Assembly (NCBI GenBank): GCA_965217585.1
Contig: OZ244561.1
Coordinates: forward strand, 4,512,001 to 4,576,000
Origin: Candidatus Latescibacterota bacterium
Lineage (GTDB): Bacteria > Latescibacterota > UBA2968 > UBA8231
Length of the DNA: 64,000 nucleotides
Direction of reading: 5' to 3'
The first letter of the stretch is position 1. Every line of letters starts with the position of its first letter. This document shows positions 9,162-18,172 of the stretch, piece after piece. The position numbers and the translations under genes were made by a program. The notes below the pieces were generated by a model that did not search any database, had not been told where the DNA came from, and worked only from the letters and a program-made list of their open reading frames with translations.

Positions 9162-11351
9162 TTAAACTGAAGAGGGGGAGGGCGTCGTCGCGTCTGGGTC
9201 GGCTGCGGCCGATTGCAAGGCCGACGGTCGTACGGTGGGCAGCTCGATGGTCATCTCGGTAAATTCTCCAGGCTCGGAGTGGACCTTTATGGTGCCCCCG
9301 TGTTCGCGCACGATGTCGTTAGACAGCGCGAGCCCAAGCCCGGTCCCCTGATCGGTCGGCTTAGTCGTAAAGAACGGGTTGAATATCTTGTCGATGACAT
9401 CCTGAGGGATCCCGTTCCCATTGTCGCGGACGCGGATTTCGGCTTGGTCGGGCATTCGCCGGGTGCTGATCCAGAGCGTGGGTTCGTAGTCGGATGCCGT
9501 CTCTGAGGAGTTCCGCTTCTCGTTGGTGGCGTAGCAGGCATTGCTCACCATATTCAGAAAGACGCGAGCCAAGTCTTGGGGGACCACTTCTAACTCCCCC
9601 ATCTCCTCATCTAAATCTTCCTTGATATCGAGCTGAAAATCTGCACTGGTGGCTCGTGCGCTGTGGAAAGCGAGGCGGGCGTGTTCTTCGAGCAGGGCGT
9701 TGATATCCGCGAGTTGTGCCTCGCCCGACCCCCGACCCATCTGCAGCATGTCGCGGACGATGCGGTTGGCGCGCTCGCCGTGTTGGCGGATGCGCCCGAG
9801 ATTGTCGGTCAAGTCGCCGTTGATCTCGTTGATTAACTCGCGCTGCTCTTCGTCTAATTGCTTGCCGTCTTGCGCTAGGACCTCTTGCAATTCCTCTAAC
9901 AGTTCCTCCGAGACTTCCGCGAAGTTCTTGACGAAGTTCAAGGGATTCTGGATTTCGTGCGCCACGCCCGCAGTGAGTTCCCCCAGGGCGGCTAGCTTTT
10001 CGCGCATGACGATCTGATCCTGCGCCTGCCGCAGGTCGTCGAGCACCTTTTCGAGCGTGGCATTTTTCTCTTCCAAATCGGCGGCCAGCTTTTCCACCAA
10101 GTTGAGCCGCTGGGCCTCCAAAGAGTGGCGGCGAAAGACTTCGAGGGCTGCGGCCATGTCTGCAACCTCGTCGCGCCCGGGCATCTCGATTTTCGCCTTT
10201 AGGTCGCCTTCCGCCATGCGCCGCATTCGGTTCGACAGAAATTCGAGACGGCGCAGTAGCATCCGGCCGACGAACAGCCAAGCAATTAGGATTGCTCCGA
10301 CGATGTTGAACGCGTTGAGGGCGAGCAGGAGCTTGCTGCCGGTGAGGATGGCTTGGGTGGAGGTTTGCGTGGCCGTCTGGGCGCTCGCGCGGGCCGTACT
10401 CACTAGGCCTTCGACCTCGGCGACTAGTTCAATAGCCAAGTCGCGGTTGCGGTCGAGCAGCGCCCGTTGCTGTTCGACGATTTGGAGTTCCGAGGCGCGC
10501 AGTGCGAAGACCTGCTGGTCCCCGCGGCCCAAGTCGAACAGGCGGTCAAAGGTCTGTTCAAGTGCGCTGCGCAAGGGGCCTTTGCCGAGTGCCGCTAGGT
10601 TCCGCTCGATGCCGCCGACCGTGGAATCGAAGCGCTCTTGTAAAGGCTCTAGCAGACGTGCGTCCGACAGGGTGAAGGCACTGGCCAGCAGGCGCGTGGC
10701 CGTAGTGGCCCCTTTCTGCAACTCGGCCAGATCGCGGTAGCGAGAAAACTCAGACTCTGAAAAGTGCTGGGCGCGGGGCGCGGGCGGTTCGTCGAGGGTG
10801 CGGTAGCCGGTCATGGCGTAGAATAGCTGATCGTCGATGGCCGGAATTAAGATACCGGTCAGCTCGTTTTGCAGGGACTCTAGGTTTTTGTGCAACGCAC
10901 GGCTGCGCGCGTTGAGGTCAAAGCGCTTGGCCACCGAAGCCTCAATGGTGTCCGTTTTGGCGATGAGCGTGGTGCCTCGGGCGCGAATCCGCGCGAGGCT
11001 TTCCTCGGCTCCGTCCTGGTGGGTTAGGGCCGCCAATTGCTTTTCAAAGTTGTCCCGCTCGGAGGCGATTTTGGCGGCGACCTCGGCAAATGCCTCTGGC
11101 GTCTCGGCTGCTACCAAGCGCGGAGCCGCGGCGGCGAGGGTGCCGCTTTGCTGGGCGACCGCAAAAGCGGTGGCTATCTCCGGGACGGCCCGCTCGTTTA
11201 CCTGTCTTTGGGCATTGCCGACTTGGTTGAAGGAGAACCAGCCCACCAAGCTCGCGACCATGGTGAGGGCCACGGCCGCGCCGATGCCCATGTAGAGCTG
11301 CACGGCAAGGCGGTGACGGGCTGCGAGCAGGCGTTTCAATAGGGAGATCAT
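9162..11351 (-). CDS. Membrane sensor histidine kinase: helical periplasmic domain (TorS-like), HAMP, HisKA, HATPase
   Basis: Two TM segments flanking about 300 aa helical region; GRDEVADMA HAMP; AHEIQNPL; DNGNGI, FFTTK, GTGLGL. Confidence 0.9.
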   Translation of the reverse strand: MISLLKRLLAARHRLAVQLYMGIGAAVALTMVASLVGWFSFNQVGNAQRQVNERAVPEIATAFAVAQQSGTLAAAAPRLVAAETPEAFAEVAAKIASERDNFEKQLAALTHQDGAEESLARIRARGTTLIAKTDTIEASVAKRFDLNARSRALHKNLESLQNELTGILIPAIDDQLFYAMTGYRTLDEPPAPRAQHFSESEFSRYRDLAELQKGATTATRLLASAFTLSDARLLEPLQERFDSTVGGIERNLAALGKGPLRSALEQTFDRLFDLGRGDQQVFALRASELQIVEQQRALLDRNRDLAIELVAEVEGLVSTARASAQTATQTSTQAILTGSKLLLALNAFNIVGAILIAWLFVGRMLLRRLEFLSNRMRRMAEGDLKAKIEMPGRDEVADMAAALEVFRRHSLEAQRLNLVEKLAADLEEKNATLEKVLDDLRQAQDQIVMREKLAALGELTAGVAHEIQNPLNFVKNFAEVSEELLEELQEVLAQDGKQLDEEQRELINEINGDLTDNLGRIRQHGERANRIVRDMLQMGRGSGEAQLADINALLEEHARLAFHSARATSADFQLDIKEDLDEEMGELEVVPQDLARVFLNMVSNACYATNEKRNSSETASDYEPTLWISTRRMPDQAEIRVRDNGNGIPQDVIDKIFNPFFTTKPTDQGTGLGLALSNDIVREHGGTIKVHSEPGEFTEMTIELPTVRPSALQSAAADPDATTPSPSSV

Positions 11352-12517
11352 GGCTTCGTCATGCTCTTCAAGGAGCGGATGGAGCGGTATTGGCCGTCGC
11401 TGTCGATCACGGTGAGGAAGACCGCATCCGAACCCTGATTGTCGCTATCCCCGTAGCGAAGTTGGAACCCATCTAGGTCAATGATATTAGCGCGGTGCAA
11501 GTTGTCTAATAGGCAGGCGCGGCTGACCTCCCGGCCGCAGTCGGTGAGGGCGGCGATGGCCAAGCGACCGGCTAGATAACCTTCGAACGAGACAAAACTA
11601 GGCTCTACCTCCGGGGCGTAGGCTGCGAGGGCGCGGCGGTACGAGCCGGCGACGGCCGGCTTGGTGGCCGTTGGGAAGGGCACGACCTGCGAGACTATAA
11701 CCCCAGTGCCGGCGGAGCCGAGTTCCCGCGCCAATGCTTTACTGCCCACGAATGAGATAGTCGCAAAGATAGGAGTGAAATTCGTCGTTTGCGCCCAGGC
11801 GATCAGGGTTGCGACCGGCTGGTAGGTCCCGACCAAAATAACGGCCTGGGGATGGCCGCTGCGCAGGTCGAGCAGGGCCGTCTTCACCGCCTTGGTGTTG
11901 CGCGGATACACGCCGACTGACACGAGGGATAGCGCGCGACGCTCTAGCGCGCGGCGCACACCGCGAAACCCCTCCCGGCCGAAGGAGTCGTCTTGGTACA
12001 TTATGGCAATGCGCTCGATGCCCAAGTCGTCGGTCAGGCGAGCGACGATTTCTTCGGTTTCCTGATAGTAGGAGGCGCGCAGGTTGACCACGCCGCGCCA
12101 CTTGGGGTCGCGGAGAAAACTACTGCCCGTGAAGGGAGCGATGTAGGGGACGCCAGCGTCCTCGGCAATGGGAACGGCTGCGCGCGAGGTTGGGGTGCCA
12201 ACGGCACCAATCAGCGCGAAAACCCGCTCGCCCTCGATCAACTGGCGGGTGTTGTCGATGGCGGCTTCCGGCTCGTACCCGTCGTCGAGCGACACCAATT
12301 CGAGCCGACGCCCGTGGATCCCGCCCTGCTCATTCACTTCCCGGAAGGCCGCCTGCATCCCGAGCCGCATGTTCCGGCCCAGCTCCTGGGCTGGCCCGCT
12401 AAAAGCGGCGGATTGGCCAAAGAGGATACTCCGGTCGGAGACACCGGGTTGTTCCTCGCCAAGCGCAGCACCCGCAACCAGCAGCGCGGCTGCGCACCGA
12501 GCAAGCGCGTTACTCAA
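11348..12517 (-). CDS. Periplasmic binding protein, branched-chain amino acid (LivJ-like) fold
   Basis: Signal peptide; GQSAAFSGP, GGIHGRRLEL..DDGYEP; 4-bp overlaps with both neighbours. Confidence 0.88.
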   Translation of the reverse strand: MSNALARCAAALLVAGAALGEEQPGVSDRSILFGQSAAFSGPAQELGRNMRLGMQAAFREVNEQGGIHGRRLELVSLDDGYEPEAAIDNTRQLIEGERVFALIGAVGTPTSRAAVPIAEDAGVPYIAPFTGSSFLRDPKWRGVVNLRASYYQETEEIVARLTDDLGIERIAIMYQDDSFGREGFRGVRRALERRALSLVSVGVYPRNTKAVKTALLDLRSGHPQAVILVGTYQPVATLIAWAQTTNFTPIFATISFVGSKALARELGSAGTGVIVSQVVPFPTATKPAVAGSYRRALAAYAPEVEPSFVSFEGYLAGRLAIAALTDCGREVSRACLLDNLHRANIIDLDGFQLRYGDSDNQGSDAVFLTVIDSDGQYRSIRSLKSMTKP

Positions 12518-12936
12518 CTAGTCCTCCGCTTGACCAAGGTCAGGCAGTTCTTGTTTTGCTGTCGCTGGTAGTGGACCTCGTCCATCATGGTGCACACGAG
12601 GTGGATGCCGAGGCCGCCCACGGTGCGGTCCTCAACCGCGGCGTCCAAGTCCGGCTCTGGTGCGTCGCTGAGCGGATTGAAGGCGTGGCCGTCGTCCTCG
12701 ATCTCGATTGTGATCGCCTCGTCCTCCGAGGAGATCACGATCGAGATTTCGTGGGCTTTGTCGTCGTCGTGCCCGTAATTGACGATGTTGACTCCCAATT
12801 CTTCGATGGCCAGCCCGATCTGAAAGGTGACGTCTGGAGACCAGTTTTCTTCCGCTGCGATCTCCTCAATGGCGGCATTGACCTTCTGCAGCTCGTCTAG
12901 GTCGGTCGCTATGAGCAGCGATCTCTGAGCGCTCAT
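12514..12936 (-). CDS. Anti-sigma factor Ser/Thr kinase (RsbW-like)
   Basis: LAIEELGVNIVNYG, EDDGHAFNP, GGLGIHLV. Confidence 0.9.
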   Translation of the reverse strand: MSAQRSLLIATDLDELQKVNAAIEEIAAEENWSPDVTFQIGLAIEELGVNIVNYGHDDDKAHEISIVISSEDEAITIEIEDDGHAFNPLSDAPEPDLDAAVEDRTVGGLGIHLVCTMMDEVHYQRQQNKNCLTLVKRRTS

Positions 12937-14102
12937 TGGTCTGTCTCGCTGCGGCGAAGCGTCAGGCAGGTGACGTCATCAAATTGAGGGGCCTCGCCGG
13001 CAAAGGCATTGACCGCGTCAAAAACCGCCGCGTTGGTGGCGCGGACATCCGTGGGTGCCCCGTTGATGAAAACCTCACACAGGCGCTGTAGCCCGAACTG
13101 GTCTCCGTGGTCGTTTTCGGCCTCGGTGACGCCATCGGTGTACAAGACAACGCGGTCGCCGGGCCGGAGGGTCACCGCGCTTTCTTCGTAGGTGAGATCT
13201 GGCACCACTCCGAGCGCCACCCCGCCGGTCGGCGGAAGTACGGTCGAGCTGCCGTCGGCGTGGACCACGAGCGGGGTATTGTGCCCGCCGTTGGCATAGG
13301 CCAACTCGCCGCTTGCTGGGTCGAAAGTCGCGTAAAAGACGGTTACGAACATGGCGTCGTCGTTTTCTTCTTGCAGCAGTTGGTTTACTTCGCCCAACAC
13401 TTTGCCCGGCGCGTCGTGACCGATGGCCGCGCCCTTCAGCAGGGTGCGGCTCGACATCATAAACAGGGCCGCAGGCACGCCTTTGTCCGAGACATCGGCG
13501 ACGACGAGGCCGATGCGGCCGTTGTCGAGGGACAAGACGTCGAAGAAGTCGCCGCCGACGTCGCGCGCGGGCTTCATGCTGCCGAAGATCTCAAAGCCCG
13601 AACCCTTGGGGAAACTGGTGGGCAAGACGGACTGCTGCATCTTGTTGGCCACGCTGAGCTCGTTTTGCAGGGCTACCAGTTTGTCGCGCGACTCCAGCGC
13701 CTCGCGCCACAATTCCAGATGGTGCAAGGTCCGCTGGATGGTCACCCGCATGTCCTCGAAATCGATGGGCTTGGTGATGAAGTCAAACGCGCCCCGATTC
13801 ATGGCCGTGCGGATGTTCTTCATATCGCCATATGCCGAGACGATGACCGAGCGGATGTTGGGGTCCACCTTGGGGATCTGATCAAGCAAGGTGAGCCCGT
13901 CCATCCGGGGCATGTTGATGTCCGTGAGCACCATGTCGATGTCTTGCTCTTCGCTTAGCACCTCTAGGGCTTCAACACCGTTTTGGGCGAACATAAAGCT
14001 GTACTGACCTGAGCGAATCTCGCGGCGCATGCGCTGCCGCACTAGGTGCTCAAGGTCTGGCTCGTCGTCGACGACGAGGATCTTGGGTCGTAGTATTTGC
14101 AT
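12933..14102 (-). CDS. Response regulator receiver-PP2C phosphatase (RsbU/SpoIIE-like)
   Basis: REC VVDD..DINMP..KP; PP2C motifs VGGDFFD, ADVSDKG, YTDGVTE, DDVT. Confidence 0.92.
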   Translation of the reverse strand: MQILRPKILVVDDEPDLEHLVRQRMRREIRSGQYSFMFAQNGVEALEVLSEEQDIDMVLTDINMPRMDGLTLLDQIPKVDPNIRSVIVSAYGDMKNIRTAMNRGAFDFITKPIDFEDMRVTIQRTLHHLELWREALESRDKLVALQNELSVANKMQQSVLPTSFPKGSGFEIFGSMKPARDVGGDFFDVLSLDNGRIGLVVADVSDKGVPAALFMMSSRTLLKGAAIGHDAPGKVLGEVNQLLQEENDDAMFVTVFYATFDPASGELAYANGGHNTPLVVHADGSSTVLPPTGGVALGVVPDLTYEESAVTLRPGDRVVLYTDGVTEAENDHGDQFGLQRLCEVFINGAPTDVRATNAAVFDAVNAFAGEAPQFDDVTCLTLRRSETDQ

Positions 14103-14146
14103 CTCTTTCCACCAAGCTGGCTTAGCCTAAAGCGGCTGTTAAACGG

Positions 14147-15274
14147 TTAATCTCCCGGCTCCACCACTACCTTCATGGCCTCTTCGCTGCCGGTGATGTC
14201 GAGGCCCTCGCGGATGTGGGACAGCGGCAGCCGATGCGTGATAAAGCGATCTAAGGGCGCGGTGGTGTGGCGCAAGAAAGATAGTGCGGTCTTGAACTGC
14301 ATGGAAGGATACGCCCACATGCCGCGGATGTCCAAATCCTTAAAACAGACGATGTGCGGGCGAATCTCCACCCCTCCTGGATCGGTGAAGTGCCCCACCT
14401 CCACGACGATCCCGCCCCGGCGTACCAAGTCGAGCGATTCCTTGAAGGCTACGGGCACGCCGGCTGTTTCAATGACGATATCGGCTCCCACGCCCTCGGT
14501 CATGTCTTGGAGGGCCTGCTGCCGCTGCTCAGGGCTACCTTCTCCCATCGCCAGCACTTGATGAGCGCCCATGGCGCGGGCTAGCTCCAGCCGGGCCGCG
14601 CTCAGGTCGCCAGCGATAATCAGGTCGGTGCCGATGTGGCTCAGCACCGCCACCACGAGCTGGCCGATGGGGCCGGCTCCGAGGACCAGCACGGATTTGT
14701 CGAGGCCCAGTCCTTCGCCGATGTGTGGGATGCCCGGCCCCAAGGCGCGCTCTACGGCCCGGGTGGCCACGGCCGCTGGTTCGGTGAGCACGGCCCGTTC
14801 TGAGGGCAGGTCGTCGGGAATCTTGAAGAGCCACGAGTGACCCGTCAAATGCAGGTATTCGGCAAAGCCGCCGCGCGGCATGGGCGCGAGATCGGCGGAC
14901 ACAAATCCGTACACAAAGCGGTTGGCGCACAGGGTGGGGCGCTGGGGCATGTGCAGGCAGTAGTAGCACCGCCCGCAGGCCCGCGACGAGGGCGTGGTCG
15001 TCACGCGGTCGCCCACCGCGACCGGGCCGCCCACTATGGCCAAGCTATCGGCTGCGGCCGGACCCATCTCCTCGATGGTGCCCACTAATTCGTGACCGGG
15101 TATCACTGGAAACGGCAGGGCCATGTGGCCGGCGAACATGTGCTTGTCGCTGCCGCAGATGCCGGTGCGCTCAATCTTCAATAGGACTTCGTCGTCGCCG
15201 ATCTGGGGTTTGGGATACGAGTGTACGGCGATCTGGCCTGGGCCGGTCATCATCGCTGCCTGTATCTGAGCCAT
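14147..15274 (-). CDS. Zinc-dependent (MDR) dehydrogenase
   Basis: GICGSD, GHE, CxxCxxC cluster, GAGPIG. Confidence 0.9.
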   Translation of the reverse strand: MAQIQAAMMTGPGQIAVHSYPKPQIGDDEVLLKIERTGICGSDKHMFAGHMALPFPVIPGHELVGTIEEMGPAAADSLAIVGGPVAVGDRVTTTPSSRACGRCYYCLHMPQRPTLCANRFVYGFVSADLAPMPRGGFAEYLHLTGHSWLFKIPDDLPSERAVLTEPAAVATRAVERALGPGIPHIGEGLGLDKSVLVLGAGPIGQLVVAVLSHIGTDLIIAGDLSAARLELARAMGAHQVLAMGEGSPEQRQQALQDMTEGVGADIVIETAGVPVAFKESLDLVRRGGIVVEVGHFTDPGGVEIRPHIVCFKDLDIRGMWAYPSMQFKTALSFLRHTTAPLDRFITHRLPLSHIREGLDITGSEEAMKVVVEPGD

Positions 15275-15296
15275 GTTTTTCTTCTCCTATGCGATT

Positions 15297-16052
15297 CTAG
15301 TAACCAATGCTGTGCATGTATTGGCGGTTGATTTGCATTTTCTCGGTTTCGGGTCGCTCGGCTTCTCCGGGGCAGACCGTGACCCAGCCGGCGTATCCAG
15401 CCTCCTGCAACGCCGCCATAAATGCCGGGTAGTCGCACATGGGGCCTTCGCCTAGTTCCACGGTCTGTCCGTCCTTGAAATCGTGCAGATGCACGTACGC
15501 GATTCGCGCGGCGAAATCGCGCACGGCTTGGACTGGGTCGTAGCCCCAATGCACGGCGTGGGACATGTCCATACAGAGGCGGCACACGTCTAGGCGACTC
15601 ATGAAGCGCTTCCACTCTGCGGCACTGTCGACGAGGTGATTGATATGCGGATGAAACGCAACTGCAACGCCCAAAGTAGCGCCGTACGCGGCCAGATCCT
15701 CGTACGCGGCCGCCATCCGGTCCAGCTCCGCGTCCGTGCCGTTGCGGCCCTCGCGCCCCGGCCCTTTGGTCATGAAGGTTTCGACGCCGAGCTCGGCAGC
15801 AAACTCGATGCGCCGCTTGTTGATCTGTTGGCTCGGCCCGTCGAGGTCCAGCGCGATGTTCGGCCCGCAGACGGCGGCCACTTCCACGCCAGATACCTCA
15901 CAGAGCCGTCGCACGCGCTGCGGCGTGCCCAACCAGTCGAGCGGTTGCCGCGCCTCCCAGCCATCCCAGCCAAAAGCCCGCAGGGCCGCTAGCTCCTGCG
16001 CTAGATCAGGTGCCCGCCAGAACAGGCCGCTGTACGCCAATTTGTAGCTCAT
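15297..16052 (-). CDS. Sugar phosphate isomerase/epimerase (xylose isomerase-like TIM barrel)
   Basis: FHPH, DMSH, YVHLHD, LGEG. Confidence 0.8.
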   Translation of the reverse strand: MSYKLAYSGLFWRAPDLAQELAALRAFGWDGWEARQPLDWLGTPQRVRRLCEVSGVEVAAVCGPNIALDLDGPSQQINKRRIEFAAELGVETFMTKGPGREGRNGTDAELDRMAAAYEDLAAYGATLGVAVAFHPHINHLVDSAAEWKRFMSRLDVCRLCMDMSHAVHWGYDPVQAVRDFAARIAYVHLHDFKDGQTVELGEGPMCDYPAFMAALQEAGYAGWVTVCPGEAERPETEKMQINRQYMHSIGY

Positions 16053-16267
16053 TTCCCTGCCTGCCTACAAAGGCCCCAATGTACCCAACCGCCGAGGCTG
16101 AGGCAAATGGTCCGGCCGCCGTTATGAATAGAAATTTAAACGAGATGTTACGAGGCATTATATGAATGAAATGGGCGCGAAATTAGAAGCGGTTTCGCAC
16201 CCTTGAGAACGTCTTTGTAAAGATATATAATATAGATATGAATAGACGCAATAAGGAGGTATCCTAC

Positions 16268-16507
16268 ATGGGCGCGAAATCCCACATCGCCAAATGGGGC
16301 ACTAGCTTGGCCGTCCGCATCCCCAAGCCTATTGCCGAGCAATGGGGCGTTTGCGAAGGCTCTGCCATTGAGATAGTCTCGCACGGCGACCAAGTTGTGC
16401 TGCGCAAGAGAACTTATAACTTGGCCGACATGCTGGACCAGGTAACGGAGGACAATCTTCATCCCGAGTTGGACACTGGTCCGGCCCAAGGCAACGAGGC
16501 ATGGTAG
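16268..16507 (+). CDS. mazE: MazE/AbrB antitoxin
   Basis: KWGTSLAVRIPK; AAGGAGG RBS; overlaps toxin start. Confidence 0.9.
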   Translation: MGAKSHIAKWGTSLAVRIPKPIAEQWGVCEGSAIEIVSHGDQVVLRKRTYNLADMLDQVTEDNLHPELDTGPAQGNEAW

Positions 16508-16845
16508 AGCGAGCGTATGTCCCAGGTACAGGGGACATTGTGTGGCTTACCTTCACACCTCAGGCTGGACATGAACAAGCCGGGCGTCGTCCCGCCCTAG
16601 TTCTGAGTCCGCGGAGCTACAACGAGAAAACGGGTCTGGCGCTGTTCTGTCCCATCACGTCTCAAGTCAAGGGCTACCCCTTCGAGGTTGCTCTTCCTCC
16701 CGCTAGTAGCGTCGCGGGCGTCATCCTGGCCGACCAGATCAAGAGCTTGGACTGGCGGGTAAGACGAATCGACTTTGCGTCTCAAGCTCCATCGCACGTG
16801 GTGGGTGAAGTCATAGAAAAGTTGACGGTCCTTCTCGCGGGATAA
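16501..16845 (+). CDS. mazF: MazF endoribonuclease toxin
   Basis: GHEQAGRRPALVLSP, CPITSQVKGYPFEV, DQIKSLDW. Confidence 0.93.
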   Translation: MVERAYVPGTGDIVWLTFTPQAGHEQAGRRPALVLSPRSYNEKTGLALFCPITSQVKGYPFEVALPPASSVAGVILADQIKSLDWRVRRIDFASQAPSHVVGEVIEKLTVLLAG

Positions 16846-16916
16846 GAGCTTGGCTCTCGGCAGGTGCTCCCTTCTGTCCTCTCCAAAATTGCCTAGCGTA
16901 GCAGGATGAGCTGGAT

Positions 16917-17903
16917 TCACGTCCATGCAAATACCACACCCAACGCTTCTTTGGGATTGGCGGCGAGCATGTCGTAGGTGGTTTGGCAATCGGCGGGGTT
17001 GGTGACGTGGGTGATCAGATCTTCGATGGGTAACTTGCCTGCGGCCATCAGGCGCAAGACCAGATCGCGGTCTCTGCTTTTGTTCCAGGGATAATAAATG
17101 TGGTCATCGTCCGGGGTTTTGGGCTGGTGTGCGCCGAGGATCGCGATTTCGCGCAGGTGAACTTCGGGCAAAAAGCTCACTTCGACGGTGCCGCGTGGAG
17201 ACCCCAGCGCGACTAGACGCCCCCCCAGCCGCGGCAGGGTCAGCGCCATGGGATAGACTGCGGGGATGCCGGTTGCTTCGATGACCAAGTCAACCCCATC
17301 GCCCACGCAATGCTGGCGCACGGCTGCGGCGACATCGCCATTGGAATTGATACAAACATCTGCGCCGCGGTCCCTAGCTTTGCCCAGCCGGAAATCATCC
17401 AGATCGATTGCAATGACCGGGAGGGCACCGGCCAACCGCGCAAAGGTCGCAGCCAATTGGCCCACAATGCCCATGCCGGTAATTGCGACAGCCTCGCCCA
17501 ATTCGGGACGACCGACCCGATGCCCGTGTAGGGCAATGGCGCACATGACCATGAAGGCCGCGGATTTGGGCGAGACGCCGGCGGGTGCTTTGCGGAAATT
17601 GCCGGTCAGGACCGCGTGGCTGGCGTGGTTGCCTTGGCCAGCAATGCGGTCGCCGGGTTGTATCTCCTGCACGTCTTTGCCGACTTCGAGCACCACGCCT
17701 GTGTTGCAGTAGCCGGTGGAGCGCGGAAAATTTCTCGCACTCGACGGTTCGCCGCCGTGTGCGTAGCTGTAGATTTCAGTGCCAACGCTTACGGCGGTGT
17801 AGTCGTTTTGCACCAAAATGCCGTGGTCGGGCACGCGCGGCAGTTCAAATTCCGCCAATTCGATTCGCCGGATGTCTGGGCATATTAATCGGTGTGATTT
17901 CAC
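16917..17903 (-). CDS. MDR-family (Zn-binding-like) dehydrogenase
   Basis: VSVGTE, GYCNTG, GMGIVG, DLVIEATG; GTG start. Confidence 0.8.
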   Translation of the reverse strand: MKSHRLICPDIRRIELAEFELPRVPDHGILVQNDYTAVSVGTEIYSYAHGGEPSSARNFPRSTGYCNTGVVLEVGKDVQEIQPGDRIAGQGNHASHAVLTGNFRKAPAGVSPKSAAFMVMCAIALHGHRVGRPELGEAVAITGMGIVGQLAATFARLAGALPVIAIDLDDFRLGKARDRGADVCINSNGDVAAAVRQHCVGDGVDLVIEATGIPAVYPMALTLPRLGGRLVALGSPRGTVEVSFLPEVHLREIAILGAHQPKTPDDDHIYYPWNKSRDRDLVLRLMAAGKLPIEDLITHVTNPADCQTTYDMLAANPKEALGVVFAWT

Positions 17904-18172
17904 GGCTTTCTCCTCTGCAAATTTCGCCCTGTCCCTGAAGCAGCACCGCCACTCGTTGGCGGCACACCTACGGCGATGACAAAAAATAACTCGCCAAGAA
18001 CCTGTCGCTTATTGACCAAACCTCATTCACCAACTAGTACTTGGATGACTTTAAGTAAGGCATTGACCTAATTGCCGTGAAACGTCCGCAGCCTAGAGGC
18101 GTCCTAATGGGGAGTCCATTCTGGCCGGGAATCGGGTCTTGTTGCCACCCTTAGACTGTAGGAGGACCAACA

